64,000 nucleotides of DNA from positions 960,001-1,024,000 of the forward strand of contig CAWCNY010000006.1 in assembly GCA_963797095.1 (NCBI GenBank), read 5' to 3'. Every line of letters begins with the position of its first letter. Position 1 is the stretch's first letter. This DNA comes from an uncultured Chloroflexia bacterium. GTDB lineage: Bacteria; Chloroflexota; Chloroflexia; QHBQ01; JADMIH01. Under the pieces are notes generated by a model. That model saw only the letters and a program-made list of their open reading frames with translations, did no database searches and had not been told where the DNA came from. Made by a program: the position numbers and the translations under genes. Shown piece by piece: positions 19,996 to 28,941 of this stretch.

Positions 19996-20061
19996 GACGA
20001 AAGACGAAGGGCGGAAGACGGAGGCGGTAATGGCCCGGTCTTCCGCCCTTCGTCTTTCGTC
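19996..20061. repeat. 24-bp perfect inverted repeat between recA and recX
   Basis: gacgaaagacgaagggcggaagac / gtcttccgcccttcgtctttcgtc, 18-nt loop. Confidence 0.85.
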
Positions 20062-20070
20062 GGTTAAGTC

Positions 20071-20802
20071 ATGAATGATGTGATTACGGCGCTTCAGGCC
20101 GACCCGATGGACACGGACAAGATACACGTGTTCATCGATGGACAGCACATGCTGGTGGTCTCGCTGGATGTGGCAGCGGGCGAGCGTCTGGCGGTGGGGC
20201 AGTCTTGCCCACCGGAGCGTTTGGAGAAGTTGCATGCGGCTGAAGAGGAGCAGCGTGTGTACGAGGCGGCCCTCAATTTCCTGTCGTACAGGCCGCGCTC
20301 GGGGCGCGAGGTAGAGATGCGCCTGCGCAAGAAGGGTTATACACCTGCGCAGATCGATAGTGCGCTGGTGCGACTTCGCAAGCAAGGGCTTGTGGACGAC
20401 CGTGAATTCAGCCGCTTCTGGATCAACAACCGTCAGACCTTTTCACCAAGGGGGCCGCGATTGTTGAGGTCGGAACTGCGGCAGAAGGGCGTACCTCAAG
20501 ACATAGTGGACGAGATGATGGCGGAATACCAGGGGGAGCAGGCCGAACGCGCCGAGGAAGCCGCCGAAGTGGCCGCCGAGTACGGGATAGCGGACGAGGA
20601 GCCTGCTCCTGGGTCGAACGTGGCGACCGCTCTCGCACTGGCCCGCAAGAGGATGCGATTGGTGTCCAACCTGGATCCCCTCACCCAAAAGCGCAGGCTG
20701 TCAGCGTTCCTGGCAAGGCGTGGGTACGGCTATGATACTATTGATGCGGTGTTGCGTCGGGTGCTAAATAATGATACTGGTGAGCCAGACGACGAATTGT
20801 AA
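20071..20802 (+). CDS. recX: Regulatory protein RecX
   Basis: ALNFLSYRPRS..E..LRKK, GLVDDREF, ELRQKGV, FLARRGY; directly after recA. Confidence 0.9.
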   Translation: MNDVITALQADPMDTDKIHVFIDGQHMLVVSLDVAAGERLAVGQSCPPERLEKLHAAEEEQRVYEAALNFLSYRPRSGREVEMRLRKKGYTPAQIDSALVRLRKQGLVDDREFSRFWINNRQTFSPRGPRLLRSELRQKGVPQDIVDEMMAEYQGEQAERAEEAAEVAAEYGIADEEPAPGSNVATALALARKRMRLVSNLDPLTQKRRLSAFLARRGYGYDTIDAVLRRVLNNDTGEPDDEL

Positions 20803-20861
20803 TTACGAAGCTTGAGGACAGTTCATTCGCCTGGGCGTCCTATGCTAGAATAGTCGCTAGA

Positions 20862-21401
20862 ATGGAAGAGGCCAACACCGACGAACTTGATCTCGGCCAC
20901 ATCGCAGGGCTGCAATTGACTGCATCCAACTCGGCGTTGGTCGGGTCGGGCATCCTGTGGATCGCGGTTGGCGCGTTCGCAGTGATAGTTTTGAGATTGT
21001 CGGTTATAGACGGCGTGGCGCTGGGGTTGTTTGCTGTCTTGCTACATTGGATAAGCGACATACTTCATCAGCTTGGGCATGCGCGTGCGGCCCGCCGCAC
21101 AGGCTACCCTATGGTGGGTGTGAGATTATGGTGGGTGCTGAGTAGCTCGATTTATCCTGCTGGTGAACCGCCACTGCCCGCGAATGTGCATATCAGGCGG
21201 GCGCTTGGCGGGCCGATCTTGAGCCTTGTGCTAACTATCATAAGCGCGATTTTGCTGGTGCTCTTCCCGAACAATTCAATATTCTGGTGGTTGGCGCTCT
21301 TTTTCACGCTCGACAACTTGCTTGTGTTCACTCTTGGCTCGCTCCTTCCGCTGAACTTTACAGATGGGGGCACTTTGCTTTATTGGCTCCGCAAGACATA
21401 G
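20862..21401 (+). CDS. Small membrane protein, M50/site-2-protease-like with degenerate HExxH
   Basis: HQLGH, ALGGP, LLPLNFTDGG; hydrophobic. Confidence 0.6.
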   Translation: MEEANTDELDLGHIAGLQLTASNSALVGSGILWIAVGAFAVIVLRLSVIDGVALGLFAVLLHWISDILHQLGHARAARRTGYPMVGVRLWWVLSSSIYPAGEPPLPANVHIRRALGGPILSLVLTIISAILLVLFPNNSIFWWLALFFTLDNLLVFTLGSLLPLNFTDGGTLLYWLRKT

Positions 21402-21402
21402 C

Positions 21403-21475
21403 AAAATCACCCGAAAGTACACCCCAAAACCTGTCCCGTTTTGCCTCACCAATGCCCTATAGTTAATGAGGGCAA
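21403..21475. repeat. Dispersed intergenic repeat, copy 2 (reverse complement of 4696-4768)
   Basis: 64/73 identity with copy 1. Confidence 0.8.
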
Positions 21476-21716
21476 GAATAACCATCTATTCATAGACCTA
21501 CCGGAATCGGGACCACTGCCTATACTAAAGTACGCACTCTTACGCAGTCTTACCGCCACGTATCAGTCACCCACAGTACAATACAATGGCCGCACTCATG
21601 CTCTTGCGACTTTGGTCGTTTTGCGGTGGAACCTATAGCTGATGTAGCACGTTCTACAGGGTGTATAATAATAGGTGGTGTGGCTTTTCCCCACACCTAA
21701 AAGGAGCTGATGACCT

Positions 21717-24668
21717 ATGTCTAGCAAACGTAAAATCGTGTTCGCAGCGGCGTCGCTGCTGACGCTTTTGCCCGCGGTGTCGGCGTTTGGTCCGAAGCAG
21801 GCCTCGGCGGCGGATTTCGCGGACGCAGCTTTCAAGCAGGTTTGGACTCGAACAGACAAACTGGTGGCCGACGGTACACTCAAGAGGAGTTTCTACTGGG
21901 GCCCAACGCCCGGCGAGTCGCTCATGGAGCCATACGCGCAGGGTGAGGGGGGTATGCGGCGCGTGCAGTATTTCGACAAGAGCCGCATGGAGATCAACGA
22001 CCCGAGCGCGGACCCCAATAACGCGTTCTATGTGACCAACGGTTTGCTTACGGTCGAATTGATCTCAGGCAAGATGCAGGTTGGTGATTCGGAGTACCAG
22101 GACCGTGAGCCTGCCGACATCCCGCTTGCCTCGGATAACGACGATACGAACGCGCCCACATATGCCTCGTTCACCAATCTCGCAAACTCGCCTCTAGGCG
22201 ACCACCCGGCAGAGGACCAGACCGGGAAGGTGGTCAATCAGTCGGTGAATAAGGCGGGCCAGGTGAAGACCAACTCGGCGTTTGAGAAGTACGCGGTCAA
22301 GTATGGGTTCTACAACGAGGAGACCCAGCACAACATCGCCGATAAGATATGGGATTTCCTGAACCTGAGCGGGCCGGTGATCGGGCCGGATGGCAAGCAG
22401 AGCACTGCGCGGCTGTCGGACCCCTGGTTCTACACCACTGGATACGCGATTTCGGAACCATATTGGGCCAATGTGAAGGTAGCGGGCAAGCAGACCGACG
22501 TGCTTATCCAGCTTTTCCAGCGCAGGGTTGTCACCTACCAGCCCGATGCGCCCGAAGGGTTCAAGGTGCAGATGGGCAACATCGGCGCTCACTATTACGA
22601 CTGGCGCTACAAGTCGGGCGGGCTTTCGATCCAGAGTTTTGCGCCCTATAACCTTGAGCCTTCCACCGTCATACCTGCGGTCCAGTCATACCAGACGGCT
22701 GCCGGGCTGAGCAACGTCACCAACGCGGGCGACTTCAACCTGACGGCAAGCGAGAAGGCGCTGATCGCGAAGAACAACTTCGCTGCTGCCTTCTCCACCG
22801 ACCAGGAGTACAAGCAGTTCTACCAGCTTTACGAAGATGGGAGATACAGTGAAAAACCTATTTTCGTAACGACCGACTCGATATTGCACGTGTACCACCT
22901 GATCTTCGATAAGCTCCTGAGAAGCACCGAGACCACCTATCTGATCCCCGACCTGAAGGAAATGACAGGTGGGCTGCTTGCGGCCACCCAGGCCCAATAC
23001 GACCAGTTGAAAGGGACGAAATCAGAGACTGCGGCCAAGCGCAACCTGGGTTTCCTATCCGTTGCGGCCAAGCTCCTCGATCCCAACTTTAGCGTGCCTG
23101 CGTCGGTAGCCGATATAGTCAACTCTGATGTGTCGAAGATCATGGCGCACGGCGGGATCGCACAATCCGATGTGATGGGCGTGGATGGCTCGGAGTATAT
23201 GGAAGACTTCAGCCAGTATGTGCCTCGCGGGCACTACACCCGCTCAGAGGACCTGATGCGCTACTTCCGCACCATGATGTGGTACGGGCGTATGACCTTC
23301 CGCCTGAAGAGCGCGGACGAGACGCGGTCGGCCCTGCTGATGACACAGGCCCTCCAGACCGCGAAGGCCGACGATACATCGGTAGCTGGGCTGTGGTCCG
23401 ATATCTACGAGCCTACCAGCTTCTTTGTTGGCGGCTCGGACGACTTAACCTACCAGGACTACGCGCCCGTGATGGCGCAGGTGTTCGGAGCTAGCGCCAA
23501 TGCCCAATCTCTGAACGATAATGCCAGGATTGCCCAGTTCCAGGAGCTAGGCAAGAACTTCGCGGCTCCCAAGATCAACTCGATGTTCGTGTACATCTAT
23601 GAGGACAAGGAGCAGGTGACGAAGGGCTTGCGCCTTATGGGCCAGCGCTTCACGCTCGATGAGTATGTGTTCGGGCAACTTATCTGGCGCGAGGTAGGCA
23701 CCATAGACGACCCAAGATGGCTCCCCAAGGGCCTCGATGTGCCCGCGGCCTTCGGGTCGGAGGAAGCCTACAACATCCTCGATGACATGGGCGAGACCAA
23801 GTACATGAGCTACACGTTGCAGCTTGATAAGGTGCAGAACCAGATAGCGTCTCTCTCCGACTCGCAGTGGACCGAGAACCTCTACTGGTCGTGGCTCTAT
23901 TCGTTCCGGCCTCTGTTGGAACCGAAGGCCACCGACAGTGGATACCCCAGCTTCATGACCAACAGCGCCTGGACCCGCAAGGATCTCAACACGATGCTGG
24001 GTAGCTGGACCGAGTTGAAGCACGACACGATCCTCTATGCCAAGCAGGTGATGGCGGAGATGGGCGGTGGGCCTCCCGAAGTCATCAAGGGCTACGTGGA
24101 GCCTGAGCCTAACTTCTATGCTAGGGTGGCTGCCCTGATCGGGATGACCCGTGATGGCCTCCTGTCACGCGGCCTGCTGGAAAAGACCGAGGACCAGTTT
24201 GCCGTGTCGGACTACAACACGCTCACCGAGTTGTACGACCTGGCGCTCGACCTGAAGCACATAAGCGAGAAGGAATTGAGCAACCAGCCGTTGACCAACG
24301 ACGAATACGACCTGATCCAGTACTACGGCGGCAAGCTTGAGCAGATCACGATCAACGCTTCCGACCCTGAGAACAGCGAGCCGGGCAACACCGACCTGAA
24401 TGACCAGGACGCGGCGGTAGTGGCCGACGTGGCGACAGGCGGCGAGGCTGGCGACCAGGCCCTTGAAGAAGGCACCGGGCGGATCATGGAGATCTACGTG
24501 GTAGTGCCGATCGAAGGGAAACTGGTGCTTACTCGCGGCGGCATCTACAGCCAGTATGAGTTCATCCAGCCGACCAGCAACCGCCTGACCGACGAGCAGT
24601 GGCGAGACAAACTGGACAGCGGGGATATTCCCTCGCTGGGCGACTGGAAGACCTACATCGCCAGATAG
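21717..24668 (+). CDS. Secreted protein: Chloroflexota-type N-terminal surface domain fused to a DUF3160-like domain
   Basis: Signal peptide; W.RTD..V..G...RS..WGP..YFDKSRMEI..NGLL; DUF3160-like FVTTDSILH, PRGHYT, SWTELKHDTILYAKQ, GYVEP. Confidence 0.75.
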   Translation: MSSKRKIVFAAASLLTLLPAVSAFGPKQASAADFADAAFKQVWTRTDKLVADGTLKRSFYWGPTPGESLMEPYAQGEGGMRRVQYFDKSRMEINDPSADPNNAFYVTNGLLTVELISGKMQVGDSEYQDREPADIPLASDNDDTNAPTYASFTNLANSPLGDHPAEDQTGKVVNQSVNKAGQVKTNSAFEKYAVKYGFYNEETQHNIADKIWDFLNLSGPVIGPDGKQSTARLSDPWFYTTGYAISEPYWANVKVAGKQTDVLIQLFQRRVVTYQPDAPEGFKVQMGNIGAHYYDWRYKSGGLSIQSFAPYNLEPSTVIPAVQSYQTAAGLSNVTNAGDFNLTASEKALIAKNNFAAAFSTDQEYKQFYQLYEDGRYSEKPIFVTTDSILHVYHLIFDKLLRSTETTYLIPDLKEMTGGLLAATQAQYDQLKGTKSETAAKRNLGFLSVAAKLLDPNFSVPASVADIVNSDVSKIMAHGGIAQSDVMGVDGSEYMEDFSQYVPRGHYTRSEDLMRYFRTMMWYGRMTFRLKSADETRSALLMTQALQTAKADDTSVAGLWSDIYEPTSFFVGGSDDLTYQDYAPVMAQVFGASANAQSLNDNARIAQFQELGKNFAAPKINSMFVYIYEDKEQVTKGLRLMGQRFTLDEYVFGQLIWREVGTIDDPRWLPKGLDVPAAFGSEEAYNILDDMGETKYMSYTLQLDKVQNQIASLSDSQWTENLYWSWLYSFRPLLEPKATDSGYPSFMTNSAWTRKDLNTMLGSWTELKHDTILYAKQVMAEMGGGPPEVIKGYVEPEPNFYARVAALIGMTRDGLLSRGLLEKTEDQFAVSDYNTLTELYDLALDLKHISEKELSNQPLTNDEYDLIQYYGGKLEQITINASDPENSEPGNTDLNDQDAAVVADVATGGEAGDQALEEGTGRIMEIYVVVPIEGKLVLTRGGIYSQYEFIQPTSNRLTDEQWRDKLDSGDIPSLGDWKTYIAR

Positions 24669-24704
24669 ACTGTGGGCTTGAGACAATAGTCGAAAAATAT
24701 CAAT

Positions 24705-24738
24705 GCTGGAAGGGACACACTTACGTGTCCCTTCCAGC
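24705..24738. terminator. Hairpin after the DUF3160 gene (terminator- or REP-like)
   Basis: 14-bp perfect arms gctggaagggacac/gtgtcccttccagc; no clear U-tract. Confidence 0.45.
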
Positions 24739-24759
24739 CCCACTCTGGAGTTAGCCGGT

Positions 24760-25350
24760 ATGCAAGCCCAGCCTGAGCGCAGCGTAGAGAACAACCTGCT
24801 TGTTTCGAGCGCGATGCCCGCCATCAAGGTCAAGATCGCAGGGGAGTTTAACCTCCTGGGCCGCCTTGACTTCATCCTGTACGGTGTGGCCGGTGTGGAG
24901 CTTTTCGTCTTTGTGGCGGCGTCCGATCATGCGGCCAACCGCTTCCTGATCGTGCAGTTCGAGAGATACCTCGACACTAACAGCCACACATACAGCTATC
25001 CTGTCACCCACCTGGTCACCATCGGCAGCAAGCAGTATGTGCACGATACCTTCGTCGTACCTACATCAGACGACCTGTCCAACCCTGAATCTGATGGCGC
25101 CCGCACGCTGAAGTTCATACGGGAGCAGGGCTACACCCTGTCGCAGGAAGTCGTTACCTCGCGCTTCGTGCATTTGTTGGACGAATCGCGCCGGAGCGAG
25201 CTACTCTTCTCCTACAATGAAAACCTCGGGAACCTGGGCTATAAGGCAGCCGACATCGCCGAAGATTTCCGGCCCAGGCCCGAATACTCGTCGCTGGCAG
25301 ATGATCAATTGCATAAGGCTTTGAGGGCGTTCGAGGTGATCGAAGATTGA
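24760..25350 (+). CDS. Hypothetical protein
   Basis: Protein-like ORF filling the interval; ATG 24760 has GGAG upstream (track start 24703 lies in a hairpin). Confidence 0.65.
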   Translation: MQAQPERSVENNLLVSSAMPAIKVKIAGEFNLLGRLDFILYGVAGVELFVFVAASDHAANRFLIVQFERYLDTNSHTYSYPVTHLVTIGSKQYVHDTFVVPTSDDLSNPESDGARTLKFIREQGYTLSQEVVTSRFVHLLDESRRSELLFSYNENLGNLGYKAADIAEDFRPRPEYSSLADDQLHKALRAFEVIED

Positions 25351-25456
25351 AATGACGCTAACGGATTGATGCACTTCTCTTTACCGGTTGTTTACCTGCT
25401 ACTACCTTCAGGTTTACCCAACATGAGTAAAATCCGAGTAGAGCCTGACTTGGTGA

Positions 25457-25582
25457 CAAGGCTGATGCAAGATCGGTATCGGACGCACCAGGTTTGGATG
25501 TGTCATTCTTCACTTCGTTCAGGATGACAAGGCGTAGATGGGCCGCGTTTTCTCGGCTTTATTTAACTTTGCATCCGCCCTG
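25457..25582. mobile_element. MITE copy 1 (126 bp, IS4-like CA...TG ends)
   Basis: Ends caaggctgatgcaa / ttgcatccgccctg; 12-bp flanking direct repeat ctgacttggtga (25445-25456, 25583-25594); second copy at 55319. Confidence 0.85.
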
Positions 25583-25602
25583 CTGACTTGGTGAAGTGGT
25601 GA

Positions 25603-25631
25603 TTGACTGGTAGAGTGGTGAATGCTATAAT
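25603..25631 (+). promoter_or_regulatory. Sigma70-type promoter of the gcv operon
   Basis: TTGACT, 17-bp spacer, TATAAT with extended TG. Confidence 0.75.
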
Positions 25632-25634
25632 CAC

Positions 25635-25809
25635 TATGCACGTGGGAGAGCCTCTCGTTTCAAAGCTGGAGCGCCGAAGGGGCAAGGCAGGATTGCCGAA
25701 ACTCTCAGGTAAATCGGACCGCGTGCATACAACCCTCTGGAGAGTTCCCTATGGAACGCCCACGGAGCAAAGCCGGAAACGGCTAATCTCACAGGCCTAA
25801 GGACAGAGG
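25635..25809 (+). ncRNA. Tandem glycine riboswitch
   Basis: Aptamer 1 GGAGAG..CGCCGAAGGGGCAA..ACTCTCAGG with P1 tatgcacgtgg/ccgcgtgcata; aptamer 2 CTCTGGAGAG..GGAGCAA..CTCACAGG..GGACAGAGG; upstream of gcvT. Confidence 0.92.
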
Positions 25810-25838
25810 AAGCTAAATGCTTCCAACTGTCTTTTTTT
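25802..25838 (+). terminator. Riboswitch expression-platform terminator
   Basis: gacag..ggaagc/gcttcc..ctgtc then T7; overlaps the aptamer-2 P1 3' strand, consistent with an ON switch. Confidence 0.75.
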
Positions 25839-25960
25839 GTTATGCGATCCAATCCACGAAGGCGTGGAGAAAGGTGGGCAGAGTGGACACAGATGCTACG
25901 AGGGCAAGTATGGTTGATATGAAAGCGCACGCCGATGAGCGGGCTGAACGGGAGCAGGTC

Positions 25961-27058
25961 ATGGAGCCGTTGCGTACGCCTCTATACGAGGAGCATGTCG
26001 CGCTTGGCGCGCGGATGGTGGAATTCGGGGGGTGGGTGATGCCCGTACAGTACACGAAAGGGATCATCGAAGAGCACAAGGCTGTGCGCTCGCACGTGGG
26101 CATTTTCGATACGTGCCACATGGGCGAGTTTGTGCTGGTAGGGCCGGACGCGGCTAGGCTGGCCAATATCGCGACGGTGAACAATGTAGCAGCTTTGGGC
26201 TTGGTGCAGGCGCAATACTCGTTCATGTGCAACAACGAAGGCGGTGTGATCGACGACTGCATCGTGTACAACTTTGGCGATCACACCTTCATATGCGTGA
26301 ACGCCGCACCCTTGCTGTCCGACTTCGCGTGGCTGGAGCAGTTGCGAGACGAACGCGGGTTGGACGTGGAACTTACTAACGAGTTGGATGAAACGGGCAA
26401 ATTGGACGTGCAGGGTCCGGGAGCTGCGGCGTTAGTCCAGAACTTCTGCGATGTGGACCTGTCGGGGCTTAAGTTCTTCTGGGCAACCAAAGGAACTGTG
26501 GCGGGTGTGCCCTGTCGCATATCACGAACGGGATACACAGGTGAAGATGGCTTCGAGCTTTTCTTCCCTATAGAAGAGACTGTGAAGCTGTGGCGGCTGT
26601 TCGTGGAGAACGGGACAGCGCCGTCCGGCCTGGGATGCCGCGATACGCTCAGGTTGGAAGCATCGCTGCCGCTTTCGGGGAGCGATGTCGCGCCTCCGGG
26701 CAATCGCAACCCCATCTGGGCGGGATTTGGCAAATTCGTCAAGCTCGACAAGGGTGTCGATTTCGTCGGGCGCGATGCTTTGCAGAAGGCAAAGGACGAT
26801 CCCGGAGGCGAGAGGTTGATCAACTTCCATGTTACCGGAAGGGGCGTGCCCCGCACCCATTGTGCCATCTCAAAGGATGGCGAAACGGTTGGCGAGGTAA
26901 GCAGCGGGTCGTATGGGCCCACCCTGGACAAGTTCATTGGCATGGGTTGGGTGCGGGCTGGATTGCACACGGCGGGCACAGAACTCGATGTGATTATCAG
27001 AGACAAGCCGGTCCCGATTGTAGCAGTAACGAGGCCAATGTATAAGAAGCCTTATTGA
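25961..27058 (+). CDS. gcvT: Glycine cleavage system aminomethyltransferase T (start uncertain; 25910 or 25919 also possible)
   Basis: RTPLY..H, FGGW.MP, SRTGYTGEDGFE, GLGCRDTLRLEA. Confidence 0.95.
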   Translation: MEPLRTPLYEEHVALGARMVEFGGWVMPVQYTKGIIEEHKAVRSHVGIFDTCHMGEFVLVGPDAARLANIATVNNVAALGLVQAQYSFMCNNEGGVIDDCIVYNFGDHTFICVNAAPLLSDFAWLEQLRDERGLDVELTNELDETGKLDVQGPGAAALVQNFCDVDLSGLKFFWATKGTVAGVPCRISRTGYTGEDGFELFFPIEETVKLWRLFVENGTAPSGLGCRDTLRLEASLPLSGSDVAPPGNRNPIWAGFGKFVKLDKGVDFVGRDALQKAKDDPGGERLINFHVTGRGVPRTHCAISKDGETVGEVSSGSYGPTLDKFIGMGWVRAGLHTAGTELDVIIRDKPVPIVAVTRPMYKKPY

Positions 27059-27119
27059 CGAGTAACGAGTAACTGACTAAGCAGTACGCAGTACGCAGTA
27101 TCACGTATCACCTATCACC
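27058..27119. repeat. Composite heptamer cassette between gcvT and gcvH
   Basis: gacgagtaacgagtaac..taagcagtacgcagtacgcagtatcacgtatcacctatcac; same order as 6200-6304. Confidence 0.8.
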
Positions 27120-27134
27120 AACAAGGAGATGTAG

Positions 27135-27521
27135 ATGGAAAACCCTCGCGATTATATGTATACAAACGAACACGAATGGGTGCAGATGGAGGGCAATATC
27201 GCTGTGGTGGGCATTACCAACTATGCGGCCACACAACTGGGTGACATGGTCTATATTGATATGCCCTCTGAGGGGGCTATGGTAAAGCAGGGCGAGTCGA
27301 TTGGGGCGCTAGAGAGTGTGAAGGCTGCCGCCGACTTCTACAGCCCCTTATCGGGTGAGGTGGTGGCGCGCAACGACCGGTTGCTGGACGAGCCGGGGCT
27401 GATGAACTCGGACACGTTTACAGAAGGTTGGTTCGTGCGGATCAAGCCCTCGGATATATCTGAACTTGATAACCTGATGGACGCCGATGCTTATGATGAG
27501 TTCGAAAAGTCGCAGGGCTAG
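27135..27521 (+). CDS. gcvH: Glycine cleavage system H protein
   Basis: HEWV, GITNYA..QLGD, lipoyl motif ESVKAA. Confidence 0.96.
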   Translation: MENPRDYMYTNEHEWVQMEGNIAVVGITNYAATQLGDMVYIDMPSEGAMVKQGESIGALESVKAAADFYSPLSGEVVARNDRLLDEPGLMNSDTFTEGWFVRIKPSDISELDNLMDADAYDEFEKSQG

Positions 27522-27535
27522 AAGAGGTACAAAAC

Positions 27536-28864
27536 ATGGTTTACACACCGAATACGGAGGCCCAGCGGCAGGAGATGCTGGCAGCCATCGGGCTGAAAAG
27601 CATTTCTGACCTATATAGCGAGGTGCCCGCCTCCGTAATTGATCCTGAGATAAGATTGCCTGCCCCGCTGAGCGAGCCGGAGCTGATGGCTGAGATGCGG
27701 CGGTTGTCGGAGCGGAACGCCGATGCGCTTCATCACCCCAACTTCCTGGGAGCAGGCTCTTACAACCACTTTTCCCCGAGTGCGGTATACCGTATCATGT
27801 CGCGTTCGGAGTTTTATACAGCCTACACGCCCTACCAGCCTGAGCTTAGCCAGGGCACATTGCAACAGATATATGAGTTCCAGACGTTGATATGCCAGTT
27901 GACCGGCATGGATGTGGCTAACGCGTCCATGTACGATGCCGGGTCAGCGTTGGGGGAAGCGGCGGTGATGGCGTGCACAATCACGCGGCGCAATAAGGTA
28001 TGGGTGTCGCCGCGGCTCAATCCGGAGCACAAGGCGGTGCTGCGTACCTTTGCTGATGGGCACAACATCGAGTTCATCGAGCAGGACGCGAATGTCACCG
28101 ACGCCTCGCAGATCGGGCGGGATGTGGCCTGCATTATCGTGCAGCAGCCGAACTTTATCGGTGAGGTCCGTGATTTTAGAGGATTGGCAGAGAAGGTGCA
28201 CCTGGCCGATGCGATCTTGATCGAGGTGTACGATCCAATCTCGTTGGGGTTGTTGAAAAGCCCCGGAGAGCTAGATGTGGACATAGCGATTGGCGAGGGG
28301 CAGGGCCTGGGCATCCCGATGTCGTTCGGTGGGCCGTATTGCGGGCTATTCGCCACCAAAGAGAAGTACGTGCGGCAGATGCCGGGCAGGCTGGCCGGTA
28401 TGACCAGGGATAAGGACGGCAAGCGTGGGTTTGTGCTGACGCTGCAAACGCGCGAGCAGCACATCAGGCGCGAGAAGGCCACGTCCAATATCTGCACGAA
28501 CGAGGCGCTGATGGCGGTTGCCGCTACGGCGTATCTTACGTGCATGGGGCCGCAAGGGTTGAAAAGGGTGGCGGAGATTTGCTACCAGAGGAGCCACTAC
28601 CTGGCGAACAAGCTCAAGCAATTGCCGGGATATAAGATGCTGAGTCGCGAGCCGTTTTTCAATGAGTTCGCGATACAGACGCCCATATCGCCAACCGAGA
28701 CCAACAAGCGGCTGGTGGAGCACGGGATCGTCGGCGGGCTCGATATAAGCGGATTTGTAGAAGTAGATGGCGCGCCCAACGCCTGGCTGCTGTGCGTGAC
28801 TGAGATGACTGCGCGCGAAGATATGGATAAGCTGGTGAGCGTGCTTGCAGAGATGAATGGTTAG
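27536..28864 (+). CDS. gcvPA: Glycine dehydrogenase (decarboxylating) subunit 1
   Basis: TAYTPYQPELSQG, ANASMYD, LQTREQHIRREKATSNICTN. Confidence 0.96.
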   Translation: MVYTPNTEAQRQEMLAAIGLKSISDLYSEVPASVIDPEIRLPAPLSEPELMAEMRRLSERNADALHHPNFLGAGSYNHFSPSAVYRIMSRSEFYTAYTPYQPELSQGTLQQIYEFQTLICQLTGMDVANASMYDAGSALGEAAVMACTITRRNKVWVSPRLNPEHKAVLRTFADGHNIEFIEQDANVTDASQIGRDVACIIVQQPNFIGEVRDFRGLAEKVHLADAILIEVYDPISLGLLKSPGELDVDIAIGEGQGLGIPMSFGGPYCGLFATKEKYVRQMPGRLAGMTRDKDGKRGFVLTLQTREQHIRREKATSNICTNEALMAVAATAYLTCMGPQGLKRVAEICYQRSHYLANKLKQLPGYKMLSREPFFNEFAIQTPISPTETNKRLVEHGIVGGLDISGFVEVDGAPNAWLLCVTEMTAREDMDKLVSVLAEMNG

Positions 28865-28941
28865 TTCGTACCGCGTATTGCATACCGCGAGTGAATGATG
28901 TCTATCCGGTACGAAATACGGAGTAAGCAGTAGGAGATATT

